Origin: Vicugna vicugna
Taxonomy: Eukaryota
Reading direction: 5' to 3'
Length of the DNA stretch: 64,000 bases
NCBI GenBank assembly: GCA_013265495.1
Contig: MU058781.1
Coordinates: 10,955,009-11,019,008 of the forward strand
The notes beneath the pieces were generated by a model. The model had not been told where the DNA came from. It did no database searches and was given only the letters and a program-made list of their open reading frames with translations. The first letter of the stretch is position 1, and each line of letters begins with the position of its first letter. The translations under genes and the position numbers were made by a program. Below are positions 1 through 11,905 of the stretch, piece after piece.

Positions 1-1260
1 CAAACAGATGGCTAGCCTAGATTTGGATGTGCATGAATGTAAATTATTGTTGGTTTATAATAGTGGAAATCACAAACACTTATTGTTGCTTTCATTCAGG
101 TGGGATTTTTTTTTATATGGTTGTTTTTTCTATAGTTGGTGATGGGAGAAGCACCTTTGTTTAGCTTAGCACAGTAAGAAGAGCCCTAGTCTCTCATCAG
201 AGTAGGGAGTGAACAGATGGAGCCCCAGGCATCACAGACCTGAAGGGCCTTTCCTAATATATAACTTTGGGATTTACTGTTCCCAAATATCAGAGAAAGC
301 TAAATGTTAGCTTTAAAAAAAAAAAAAGTCAGGTCAAATTTTGCAGTTCTTTCTTAGGAACAATCCCTGATGCTCCACTATTCCCTTTGTTCCTTACAGC
401 GGGATGGAAGGCTTCATTTATAAAGCATTACAGGAGAAGGAAATGGTAAATGATACAAAAAAGTCCCTGGATTACATTTAGAAATGTTATGGGACTCTGT
501 AAACCTTCCTGTCTGACTTTGTGGCTTTCAGTACAAGGAAATTTGGGGAAGGGTCCAATAAAGTAGATATTAAGGAAGTCAACTGTACTTTTTTTTTTTT
601 GCTACATCTTTTTTGGTACCATTTCATTAAGTTGGATTAACAGGTATATTCACTATTGAAGAGTTAGTACTTTGAAGTTTTGTTGATTTACTACTTTTTC
701 TTCATTACCAACATCTTCAAAACTAATCTTTTATAAGATTAGTAACTATTTTTATTTCTGAAATGCAGAATATGAGAGTTCTTATTTCCATATCAATATA
801 CAGTGCTTTGTACCTGCTAGGAAAAGTATAGAAATTCGTTGACATAAAATGAGACAGAAGTCACCCTTCAGAAATTCACTGATCAGATATTGAAATTAAA
901 TGGACAAAAAGAAGTACTATCATTTATTCAGGATTGGGAGAGTTCTAGCTCTTGATGCAGGAACAGTCCTTTCTTTCCTTGAAACTCTGATTGCCACATA
1001 GGTGTATCCTTTGGAGTGAGAAAGATAGAATTGTACAGACTCTGGAATATTATAAATTATAGCCCAGAAGGAGAAAAAAGCCAACAGTGGTCTATTTCAC
1101 TTCAAAGCTGCACAATTCCAAGCCACCTCATATGAGTTACATTTCTTAATGCTGTGGTATGTCATTCTTTGGCCTCACAGGAAATTTGAACCACACTGAG
1201 CAGTTAATAAAAATCTTTTTCCTTTCCACAACCCATGCAATATTTTCTAACTTTGTTTTA

Positions 1261-3674
1261 GGACCAGACAGCTTCACTGGGGAATTCTACCAAACATACA
1301 AAGAAGAACTCATAGCAGTCCTTCTCAAACTCTTTCAGAATATTGAAAAAGAGGGAATACTCCCAAACTCATTCTATGAAGCCACCATCACCCTGATACC
1401 AAAACTAGGCAAAGACACCACCAAAAAAGAGAATTACAGACCAATATCACTGATGAACATAGATGCAAATATCCTTACCAAAATACTAGCAAATAGAATC
1501 CAACAGCACATAAAAAAGATTATACATCATGATCAAGTGGGGTTCATCCCAGGGACACAAGGATGGTTCAACATACACAAATCAATCAATGTAATACATC
1601 ACATCAACAAGAGAAAGGACAAAAACCACATGATCATCTCAATCGATGCAGAAAAAGCACTGATAAAATTCAACACCCATTTATGATAAAAACTCTCACC
1701 AAAGTGGGTATAGAGGGAATATATCTCAACATAATAAAAGCTATATATGACAAACCTACAGCCAGCATAGTATTCAAAGGTGAAAAACTCAAAAGCTTCC
1801 CACTAAAATCTGGGACAAGACAAGGCTGCCCACTATCACCACTCCTATTCAACATAGTCTTGGAAGTCCTAGCCACAGCAATCAGGCAAGAGAGAGAAAT
1901 AAAAGGGATCCAAGTTGGAAAAGAAGAGGTGAAAGTGTCACTATATGCAGATGACATGATACCATACATAGAAAACCCTAAAAGGTCCACACAAAAACTA
2001 CTAAAAATAATCGAAGAATTCAGCAAGGTAACAGGTTACAAGATTAACGTTCAAAAATCAGTGGCATTTCTTTACACTAACGATGAATCAACAGAAAAAG
2101 GAAGTAAAGAAACAATTCCCTTTAAAATAGCACCCAAAGTAATAAAATACCTAGGAGTAAATCTAACCAAGGAAGTGAAAGACTTATATATGGAAAACTA
2201 TAAAACACTGATTAAGGAAATTAAAGAAGAATTTAAAAAATGGAAAGATATCCCATGCTCTTAGATTGGAAGAATCAATATTGTTAAAATGGTCACACTG
2301 CCCAAGGCAATCTACAGATTTAATGCAATCCCTATCAAATTACCCAGGACATATTTCACAGAACTAGAACAAATCATAATAAAATTTATATGGAACCACA
2401 AAAGACCTAGAATTCCCAAAGCATTACTGAAGAAAAAGAAAGAGCCTGGAGGACTAACTCTCCCAGACTTCAGACAACACTACAGAGCTACAGTAATCAA
2501 GACAGCATGGTATTGGTACAAAAACAGACATATGGACCAATGGAACAGAATACAGAGCCCAGAAATGAACCAATAAACTTTTGGTCAACTAATCTTCAAC
2601 AAAGGAGGCAAGAATATACAATGAAATAAAGACAGTCTTTTCAGCAAATGGTGTTGGGAAAACTGGGCAGCAGCATGTAAATCAATGAAGCTAGAACACT
2701 CCCTTACACCATACACAAAAATAAACTCAAAATGGATCAAAGACTTAAACATAAGACAAGATACAATAAACCTCCTAGAAGAAAATATAGACAAAACATT
2801 ATCTGACATACATCTCAGAAATGCTCTCCTAGGGCAGTCTACCCAAGAAATAGAAATAAAAGCAAGAATAAACAAATGGGACCTAATGAAACTTACAAGC
2901 TTCTGCACAGCAAAGGAAACTATAAGTAAAACAAAACGACAACCTACAGAATGGGAGAAAATTTTTGCAAAAGAAACCGACAAAGGCTTGATCTCCAGAA
3001 TATATAAGCAGCTAATACGACTTAATAAGAAACAAACAAACAACCCAATCCAAAAATGGGCAGAAGACCTAAACAAGCAATTCTCCAAGGAAGACATACA
3101 AATGATCAACAGGCACATGAAAAAATGCTCAATATCATTAATTATCAGAGAAATGCAAATCAAAACTACAATGAGATATCACCTCACACCAGTCAGAATG
3201 GCCATCATTCAAAAATCCACAAATAACAAATGCTGTAGAGGCTGTGGAGAAAAGGGAACCCTCCTACACTACTGGTGGGAATGCAGTTTGGTGTAGCCAC
3301 TGTGGAAAACAGTATGGAGACTCCTCAAAAGACTAGGAATAGACTTACCATATGACCCAGGAATCCCGCTCCTGGGCATATATCCAGAAGGAACCCTACT
3401 TCAAAAAGACACCTGCACTCCAATGTTCACAGCAGCACTATTTACAATAGCCAAGACATGGGAACAGCCTAAATGTCCATCAACAGATGACTGGATAAAG
3501 AAGAGGTGGTATATTTATACAATGGAATACTATTCAGCCATAAGACTCGACAACATAACGCCATTTGCAGCAACATGGATGTTACTGGAGAATGTCATTC
3601 TAAGTGAAGTAAGCCAGAAAGAGAAAGAAAAATACCATATGAAATCGCTCATGTGCAGAATCTTAATTAAATAA
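1261..3674 (+). pseudogene. Disrupted L1 ORF2 (reverse transcriptase to CCHC C-terminus)
   Basis: Frameshift near 1660, where ORFs 1159..1686 and 1563..2264 overlap in different frames. In-frame stops at 2262-2264 (TAG for Trp in IPCSW), 2574-2576, 2622-2624 and 3294-3296 (TAG where the 43.2-kb copy has CAG). Confidence 0.93.
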
Positions 3675-3727
3675 ATAAATAAATACATACATACATACAT
3701 ACATACATACATAAATACATACATACA
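3666..3727 (+). repeat. Compound (TAAA)n(TACA)n microsatellite at the L1 ORF2/3' UTR junction
   Basis: Read directly: TAAATAAATAAATAAATACATACATACA... Confidence 0.92.
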
Positions 3728-4106
3728 AAAAGAAACAGACTCAGACATAGAATACAAATGTGGTTGCCAGGGGGACAGGAGGTGGGAAGGGACTGGGATT
3801 TCAAAATGTAGAATAGATAAACAAGATTGTACTGTGTAGTACAGGAAAATATATACAGGATCTTGTGGTGGCTCACAGCAAAAGAGAATGTGACAGTGAA
3901 TGTATGTATGTTCAAATATAACTGAAAAATTGTTCTCTACACTGGAATTTGACACATTGTAAAATGACTATAACTCAATAAAAAAAAGTTTAAAAAAAAC
4001 AGAGTTAAAATTCTTACCAATGTGCATTTCCAAAATGCTACTCTGCAAAACCCTGGGCTAATGCCCTACCCAAGAAAGAGAGAGTCATACGAGCTTTTTC
4101 TCTCTC

Positions 4107-4108
<2 letters not shown>

Positions 4109-4140
<32 letters not shown>
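4109..4140. repeat. (AC)16 dinucleotide microsatellite
   Basis: Perfect AC run, read directly. Confidence 0.97.
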
Positions 4141-4143
<3 letters not shown>

Positions 4144-4784
4144 TTGGGATGGGGTATAAGGGGTGGTGTAACATTATTCTTCTTTTAGAACACAAAAGGG
4201 CAATCATATTGAGCCATTGCCTAACAATGGCCACATTTAGGTACCCATGAACACAACCAAATTCCTGTATTAGGCTCTGTCAATGTGACTCTCCTCTTTT
4301 TTATTGAATTTACTTAGAACACTAACTATATAGACTTTTATTTATTTAAGTACTGCTGTAGATATGAGGAAAAAAAGAGGAAAAAACCACTCTTGCTAGG
4401 ATGTAGGGAATGCTGACCTGTCTGAATGTCTCTTTCCTTTCTCTTGATCATCTATCTTTACACTCCAGAGGATCAAAAGTAACTGAATAAACATTATCTT
4501 GTCCTTGGCCTTCACCAAGCAAAATTGTTTATATCTGAGACCATTTCCCTTTAGAGTCTGAGATCATTATTTTAAAGTAAATTGTCAAATGCTCCACAGT
4601 TGATCTCAGCTCAGTTCTGCCATTTGCTGCTCTATGAACCAAGTCCAGGGCATGACATTAAGCCTGTGACTACATAACATGAGAAAAATGTTTTCAGACA
4701 GAATAAAACATCACGTACAGTTCCCGGCAGTGAATCTTAACAATTGAAATATGCCTGTCCAAGCAAACACTTGAAGATACTGTT

Positions 4785-4895
4785 TCAGAAAATGACAATC
4801 ATGCCTACCTCATATACAGTTGTAAGAATTTAATGAGATAATGGATGTGAAAGAGCTCAGTGCTCTAACGTGTATAGCAGATTTTCAATAAACCT
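4785..4895 (+). mobile_element. MIR SINE 3' fragment
   Basis: ATGCCTACCTCAT...GTTGTAAGAATTTAATGAGATAATGGATGTGAAAG resembles the MIR core and 3' consensus. Confidence 0.7.
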
Positions 4896-5968
4896 TACTT
4901 GAATCAGAATTTATTGAAATATATTATTATCCCTGATGGAGGAGGGTGAAATTTAACCAAATTAAGTAGTATCCATTGCAGGAAATATTTTGGCCAGCTG
5001 CCTGCTGGTTTTGTCAACCATGCATTGCCTGATGTACAGCCAAGAATTTTTATCTTTCTCCATTCTTGAACACTATTTTACAACTTGGATCTTACATATA
5101 ATCAGGAAAGGAAGCTGCCTGTATGATGTTGCCTGATGCATACAAAACCAATTGCCTAATTCTGAAACCTCTCCTTTATAATGATGATGCAAAATTAAAA
5201 TGTTACTATCCACATCTTAGGTTGAAAGAACATTACAATATATAAAGCAGGACAAGTTTTTTGTACCCATTGTTCAGATAAGTGAAATGAGACTTGAGGT
5301 TGTATCCAGGCTGAATGGCTCCTGTCACCACCAAACCAACCTACAAAATATCAGAATGGCAGCATTAAAAAGGTTGGCCCAGTAAAAACTCTGCAATCAG
5401 CCTTTGGTTCTGAACTGCTCTCCCCACCTCTCCCTCACCTGACTCTACCCTTTTTCTGACACTTCACCTGCCAACGAACTCCTCATCTTTTCATTTGATC
5501 GCCTTCAAAATCTCTATTTAATGTGCAGCACTATTTCTGAGTCTCCACTCAAGTTATATGGCCTTGTTTATTCATTTCCTCCAGGGCCCAGAATGTTCCA
5601 CATTTGGCCTCCCTGCCCTGAATCTCATCTTCCTCAGAAGACAGAGCTTCCACTAGGCCTTTCAGGCATTGAAGAAGGAACAAGTATGTGGCATATTGAA
5701 TGTCTTGCCTAAAGTTACATGTCCTATTTGCTGCAAATTTAGGATTTAGAACTAAAACCAACATAGTTCCTGTACTAACCAATTCTGAGACAATGCAGAC
5801 TTTCCCGTCCCTGTTAAAATCATTCTGGGACCAAACACTCTTTCTAATTTCCTAAAGGTCTGCATTTCTTAAATAATTTCCATGTTTCCAACTTCATAAA
5901 CAATAACTGGTCCAGGCAAAAATAACAGATATTTGCTCTAAGAAATATTTATTCCTGGATGGTTAGAC

Positions 5969-6276
5969 TGTCAACCAACTAAAACAGTTAACTTGTCAAA
6001 ACTAGCAGCCCACACATTAATGCTTATTTCAAGCTTCTTACCTCATGGGACCCAACAATCCAAAGTCTTATGTTTCATAAATTCTGTGCAATCCTAACTG
6101 GTAAAAGTACCCAGCATAGGCCCCCCAAATCCCTAAATATCCTTCCCTGATCTGCCCCTAGTGAGACATTACGAAGAAATGATCTTACATAGCATCCCCT
6201 CTCTCGAATTGCAGTAAGCCTAATAAACTTGGCTTTGCTCAGCCAGGATTTTCTGGTGGCTCTTCCGTAGCCAACA
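5969..6276 (+). mobile_element. Possible solo ERV LTR remnant
   Basis: TG...CA ends, a C-rich R-like segment, and GTAAGCCTAATAAACTTGGCTTTG (LTR-type polyA signal) about 50 nt before the end. Family not assigned. Confidence 0.4.
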
Positions 6277-6489
6277 GACATAAAGTGACCCCAAATTCAG
6301 TGTTTTTGTTTGTTTCCTCTACTACCCTGATTCTTCATCATATGGTCTTTGGTATTCAAGAATAAAAGTTTCTCTTTAAAATGTGAACTTTATTTGTTGA
6401 CATTAGCATCTAACCTAAATCTATTTATACATAGCATATACTTCACTGAATGGCAAATGGCAAAGATTTTATTAACAATAGAACTAACA

Positions 6490-6725
6490 ACAATACAAAC
6501 TATCTTTCATGCATCTTCCAAGTTCTAGACACTTTACATGCATTATCTCATTTATTCCTAACACCATGTCAGCAAGCCAAGATATTTTCCTCATTTTCCA
6601 TGAGCAAACTGAGGTTCAAAGAGGTGAAATAACTATTCCAAGCCTACATACCTAGAAAGTACTGGAGCTTGGATTCAAATCCATGCAACTTGCCTCCAGA
6701 GCCTAGATTTTTAAATGTTATGTAC
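6490..6725 (-). mobile_element. MIR SINE
   Basis: ACTTTACATGCATTATCTCATTT...AAACTGAGGTTCAAAGAGGTGAAATAAC...GGATTCAAATCC is the reverse complement of the MIR consensus. Confidence 0.85.
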
Positions 6726-6939
6726 TGTTTAATATTTTTAAATAGTTCTAACTTCAAAAACCCCTTCTTTTCTACTACATAAAAATATTCTAAAAGAGTG
6801 AAAATATGGGGAAATGCATAGGGCTTCTAGAAGGAAGACTTGGGTAAAATTTGTTGTGTGGGATTAAGTGGGGGCTTGCTAGTAAGGGAACAACAAAAGC
6901 AGCAGAATTCTATGCTGGCCAGCCAAGGAGTAATGTAAA

Positions 6940-7240
6940 TTTGGCAAGAATGTAGAGAAACAGGAGTGTTCATGCTTTGCTGGTGGTATTGTAAATTGGT
7001 ACAGCCCCTTTGGAGAGTGCATTGGCAATGTCTAACAAAATTATACACATAAACACACACATTTTTGAAGATACTCATAAAACATAGCTGAAAAATACAA
7101 GAAAGAGAACATGGGAGACTGGGGAGGGGGGTTGGGAGGAAAATATTTTTACTGAATGCCTTTTACAATTTTTGGATATTAAACCATGTAAATGTTTTCT
7201 TTATTCAAAATACAAATGTAATTTAAAAATAAATAAACAA
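6940..7240 (+). mobile_element. Old L1 (L1ME-type) ORF2 end and 3' UTR fragments
   Basis: TGGCAAGAATGTAGAGAAACAGG...TGCTGGTGG...GTAAATTGGTACAGCCCCTTTGGA matches the L1 ORF2 C-terminal motif, and the segment has an A-rich end. Confidence 0.7.
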
Positions 7241-8234
7241 AAGAGACACTGCACTGACTGTTTAAAAAGAACTCTCCACTCTAGTAGTTTAGATTCAAAA
7301 ATAATTGATGGTATTATACACACTTCCCAACTGCTCAGTCCTTTTTTTCCCAAGCATTGCCTGGTGCATAGTCAATGGCTAAATTTCTTATAAATATAAA
7401 AATAGTATAATTTAATTAATCTGTAAATGTCAGCAAATCCCACTGGAACGCTGACCCATATGTATGTTATATCTACACAGCCTACTCAATTTTTATTTTG
7501 GTTTCAGTATTTTTTAAGAAACATTTTAATCCATTGCTTTCCCCGATGCCCTCAGCATTTCCGAAGATTGTGGATTAATGAAGGAATTTGTTCTTCTGTC
7601 AGTGGTAGAGCATTTTCTTACTTGGGAGGTGAACTTTTAATTCATCTGAAATTCCAATTGTTTTTGAAGTGAAGAGAAATAATTTGCAAAGCCTACAGAG
7701 GCTCTGAATTTGTGTGTGAATAAATGTAAGAGGATGACTCAAACTCAGTGAAAGGTGGAACAGAATCTCCTCCATCAGTTCTGAAATCTGTGTGTGGGAG
7801 GCAGCCATCCTCAGAGCTGCCCCAGATGACAACTTAGCTTCTTCCTTAATGTGGGAGATGCCTCACAGAAGTGAGATGAGTGAGAGGACACTTTTATATT
7901 TTATCTCAGACATGGGCACATGCCCTCTAAAGAGCTGAACCAGAACCAAAGCATTGAAGGAGGCAGGAGGTGCCCCTGAGCAACTCCTGAATGCCCACCA
8001 TGATTCTGCTATTCAGAAGCCACAGGCACACCACGTGCCACAGATGAGAATGTGCATGGTGGGGCTCTGACACTGAGGGACCCCTGACACATAGGACCCG
8101 AGATTCTTAGTGGGAGAGCACATTTCACTTGCTCAAAGTTCACAGCCCTAGAAAAACAGACCATCACTGACAGCCCTACATGACCTACTTGATGGCATAT
8201 TACTATCATCATCTTCACTGTCATTATTTTCTAT

Positions 8235-8445
8235 CATTTATTGTGTGTTTCTATGTGCCAACCACACCATTGGGCATTCTGCATACATTTTCCCTAACCA
8301 TCAAGATGATCCTAGGAGGTAAAATTAATCTCTGCTTTTTAAATGAAGAGAAATTGAGGCTCAGAAAAAGTAAATGACCTATCACGAATACCTAATAGAG
8401 CCAGGAGATGGGAACTCAGGTCATCCTGGATCCTTGTACTACAAG
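8235..8445 (-). mobile_element. MIR SINE
   Basis: CTATGTGCCAA...ATGAAGAGAAATTGAGGCTCAGAAAAAGTAAATGACC. Confidence 0.75.
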
Positions 8446-9734
8446 ATCTCCTTGTAAGTACTTAGAATGGAATTACTTACCAAAAAATTCAACAAACCGA
8501 AGTAGCATCAAACATAATAGAGGTCTATAAATGGTGTTGATGGATCATATAATCTCTCAGCTTCCCATATGAAACATCATTCGAGCTTACTGAGTCACTT
8601 GGCAAAGAGCAACGTTTCTCTGTGTTTCATCCATCACCTTCTCCCTTGTGTCTTGAAACATTCACTACTCTCCATTCTAAAAGAGGATGAAGGGCTGTGT
8701 TCTAGCCAATTGCCTTTCTGTGTCATCCACACTCCCTCAGTCCCTCTGAAGCCCAACTTCTTTGGAAGCAGGTATGTCTCCAGAGCATGGGATCTTCTTG
8801 GAGGATGACGAATTTAGAAAAGCACGAGAGGGTAAGAGTCTACTACCCAGAGCATTTTTTTCCTCCTGATATGGCCTTTTCTTAGTCGTAAGTCCATCTC
8901 AAGCAGACTTGCTCTGAATAGCATTTCAAGTTTGTATGTCTTGGGTATCTGACTTCCTTTCTTTTCATATGCACCTTCTGAATGTCAGGCTTTCTCTGAG
9001 GAAGATAGTAAGTTTTCCACATTTCTCTCACAACTCACTAGGAATTCCCCCTTTTCACCATTAAGGGCTATAAATGGTTTAGCCAGAACTGGTAGGAAGA
9101 AAGCATTTGTCGGTGAGGGACCTGGCCTCCTCCTTAATATTCAGGCATGAACACCAACAGGACAGCCACCAGAACTATGCCGTGGAGTAGCCCAGTTCCC
9201 TAAAGATCCAGAAAGACACATGGCTCATACTCTCTATGCAAAAAAGGAAGATTCACCCTTACACACACACATACACACATCAAATCTTATCCATTCTTTA
9301 AGCTTTTTGAGTCACAGTGTATATTCCCTTTTCAGAGAACTCATCTCTGACTCATCTATCCCTAAGTTGAACTTTTGATCCTCTGAACAAATTACAGTAT
9401 TTATTTTCTATGCTTGTTGGCACTTAACATACACAACATGATTTTCATGCAAACAATTAATAACTTTTTAAACTACAGTATAAGATCCTTGAGAACAGGA
9501 ACTAAATTTTGTCCCATGACACCCAAGGCAGTGCTTTGCCCAAAGCAGATAAACATGAAGAAATTTAAACATAAAATAATATTTTTAATGAGCATTTTAA
9601 AAAATAAACAATCTCGTGATTATTGTATCCCTTCAGTATAGTAAACTTGTGTGTTACATACTTATTTAGAGATATTTCTATTATTCAATACATTCATAAT
9701 AATCCTCTCATTTCATTACCCTCGTATTATTTTT

Positions 9735-10060
9735 AACTTGTTCAAAAAATAATTGTCACAAATTATTATGAACCAGGAATTTTGATAGACACTGAAGATT
9801 CAAAGTAGAATAAAGCACCAAACATCAAGAAACCTATAAGCTATGCGAAGAATGAAGCCATAGATGAAAATGCATTACAGAGATGTGTAGCAAAATTGAG
9901 GTGTGAACCATTTGCTGTAGCAGCACAAAGATCACAACCAGTTCTCACTAGGAGATTCTAGGCCTCCAAGGACAAGTAGGAATTTTACAGAGAAAGAAGG
10001 GAAGACAATAGCCTATCCAAAGGCACAAGTCTTGGAAGTGGGCAATACGCACGGCGTACC
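9735..10060 (-). mobile_element. L2 LINE 3' fragment
   Basis: TATTATGAACCAGGAATTTTGATAGACACTGAAGATTCAAAG... follows the L2 3'-end pattern but is strongly diverged. Confidence 0.5.
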
Positions 10061-11659
10061 TGAGAAGAAGCAAGGGGCTGGAGCATACCTTCATCCTTTG
10101 AAGACAGATGTGATTTTATTCGTCTTGAATTTGTCAAAGATCTTTACAATAGATAGAATAGTAGATAAACTCTTCGTAAAACCAATTGAGCTTAAGTATG
10201 GGTCATGAGCTTGCTCTTGGGGAGTGTCTAAGAATTTATAGACCTGAACAATAATGGTTTTCTTTTTTTTTTTTTAGACCTGAACAATAATTATTACAAA
10301 TAATTACTTAGAGTATAAAGCTCTCTTCAATATATATATTTTATTAAATGTGTTTAAAAATTAATCTTAACTTCTTTCAAGCCAAGCTCCTTATTTACTG
10401 TTCAACTAAAGAATTAGTGATTTTTGATGAGCAGAAGTTAACAAAATTCTGACTTCAAATTATATGTGACATTATTGGCCCAATTACTATGAAGAGATAA
10501 GTCCGTGGAATTAGGTTAAACAGTGGAAACTATTAGAAATAAGAGCACATCTTTCTTTTGGTCTCAAACTATTTATTACTTACAGCTTACAGGCAAAGAA
10601 ATAAAACTTTTTCTAGAATTATTTGTAAGGTTTTATCTCATGCTATCCTTTTAGTGATTTTTATTAGATCTTGTCAAAAAAATAAGCAAATTACTGTCAA
10701 AAGTTTGTCAAAAAGCCAAATTATTTTTAGTCTTTTGATTATCAGATAACTAAATGTTTACGGGATAGGGTGTGGAACACACTGGAAAGCCCAAAGAAAA
10801 AGAACAAAAATTACCTGTGACTCTTTCTGCAATCCTTATTTTGGTAAGTATTTCTCTTGGTTATTTTTCTATTCATTTGCATTTTTTCAAAATTGTAATC
10901 ATTACATATTTTGTGTCATAGTCATTGTGCTTCATAATATATTATAATTATTGACCACAGAAATTTTAATTTAGCTTTTTCCAAATCAGAAGGCAAAAAA
11001 AAAAAAAAAGAAGTAGTCAACTTGGCATGGAGCTTCATTTTTTTTCAATACTGAGGAATAACCAACATGCTTCACTAACCATGATGTCCTTCTTGGCAAG
11101 ACTCTCTGTGGGGACAGCTTATTTGGCAAGACGCATTGCAAATTTAAGATAAATAACTCCAAATGGACCCTTTACTCCATTAAAACAGAAGCTTTCTACT
11201 TCCAATGGCATGTGGAATTAATTTCTTCCATGCTGCCTTTCACTAGAATACTATCCAGTAGAATGGACATAATGACCACAGGCTCACATTTGGCCTTCGT
11301 TCAGTTAAGTCCTGCTTTGTTGCTGAAAGGTATATTTCCCTCTAATTTGTGTTTAATACCATTGGAATAAAAAAATAACAAACAAATATTAAAGCATTTA
11401 ATGGAAAAAAGTAACTTTCATGAAATTAGCAAACATTTGAAGAATTCTCAAGAAAGAAAAAAAATCAGGGATAAAGTTAAAATTCACTGGACAGAGATAA
11501 GAAAAGTGACACACTGAATGAAGTGCATTGATTGTCAAATAACTGTTTATGTTAAAAGGTGTGGAAGATACTGCAAGAGCCATTATTTTGGTAAATGCCC
11601 TTGCAGCCACACAGACTAGAATCCTTCTTTCACTACTGGTTTACTGCACTAACATCATG

Positions 11660-11897
11660 ACCTTTTTTTTCACAGTGCACATCATGACCTTTCAGTAGAT
11701 AGTAAAATCAATTTAGTGTATCACAACTGGTGTTTTAAAATTTTAAACAGAACAGAATTGAAAATACTAGAATGAACTGCATAATGTAAGAATAAATATA
11801 ACTTCTAAAACATTTATTTCAGGTGTGTGTATTATAGGTGAGTAAATCAGTCCTGAGTAGGTTTGAGGGTCATGATTTTAAATGTCCAAAGTCCCTG
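11660..11897 (+). mobile_element. Non-autonomous hAT-Charlie MITE (MER112-like, name tentative)
   Basis: AAATCAATTTAGTG...AACAGAACAGAATTGAAAATACTAGAATG...CCCTG. The same family occurs inverted at 60260-60484. Confidence 0.6.
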
Positions 11898-11905
11898 CTC
11901 AGAGC

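Larger units (their letters stand above)
1260..3999 (+). mobile_element. Young 5'-truncated LINE-1 (camelid-type): ORF2 RT and C-terminal region, 3' UTR and A-tail
   Basis: ORF-track fragments translate to L1 ORF2 ([33 protein letters not shown] at 1944-1955). The 3' UTR ends CAATAAAAAAAAGTTTAAAAAAAA. No direct TSD was found. Confidence 0.97.

Noticed and set aside
1159..1260. Novel N-terminus (MSFFGLTG...) fused to L1 ORF2 in ORF 1159..1686
   Set aside because: Chance open frame in flanking DNA. The L1 part frameshifts near 1660 and has several stops, so no intact RT fusion can be made.
1670..3955. Long minus-strand ORFs (1670..2026, 2585..3163, 3530..3955) and the similar ORFs at 26013..26309 and 43936..44232
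   Set aside because: Antisense shadows of L1 ORF2 or 3' UTR. Their mutual similarity reflects repeat copies, not a gene family.
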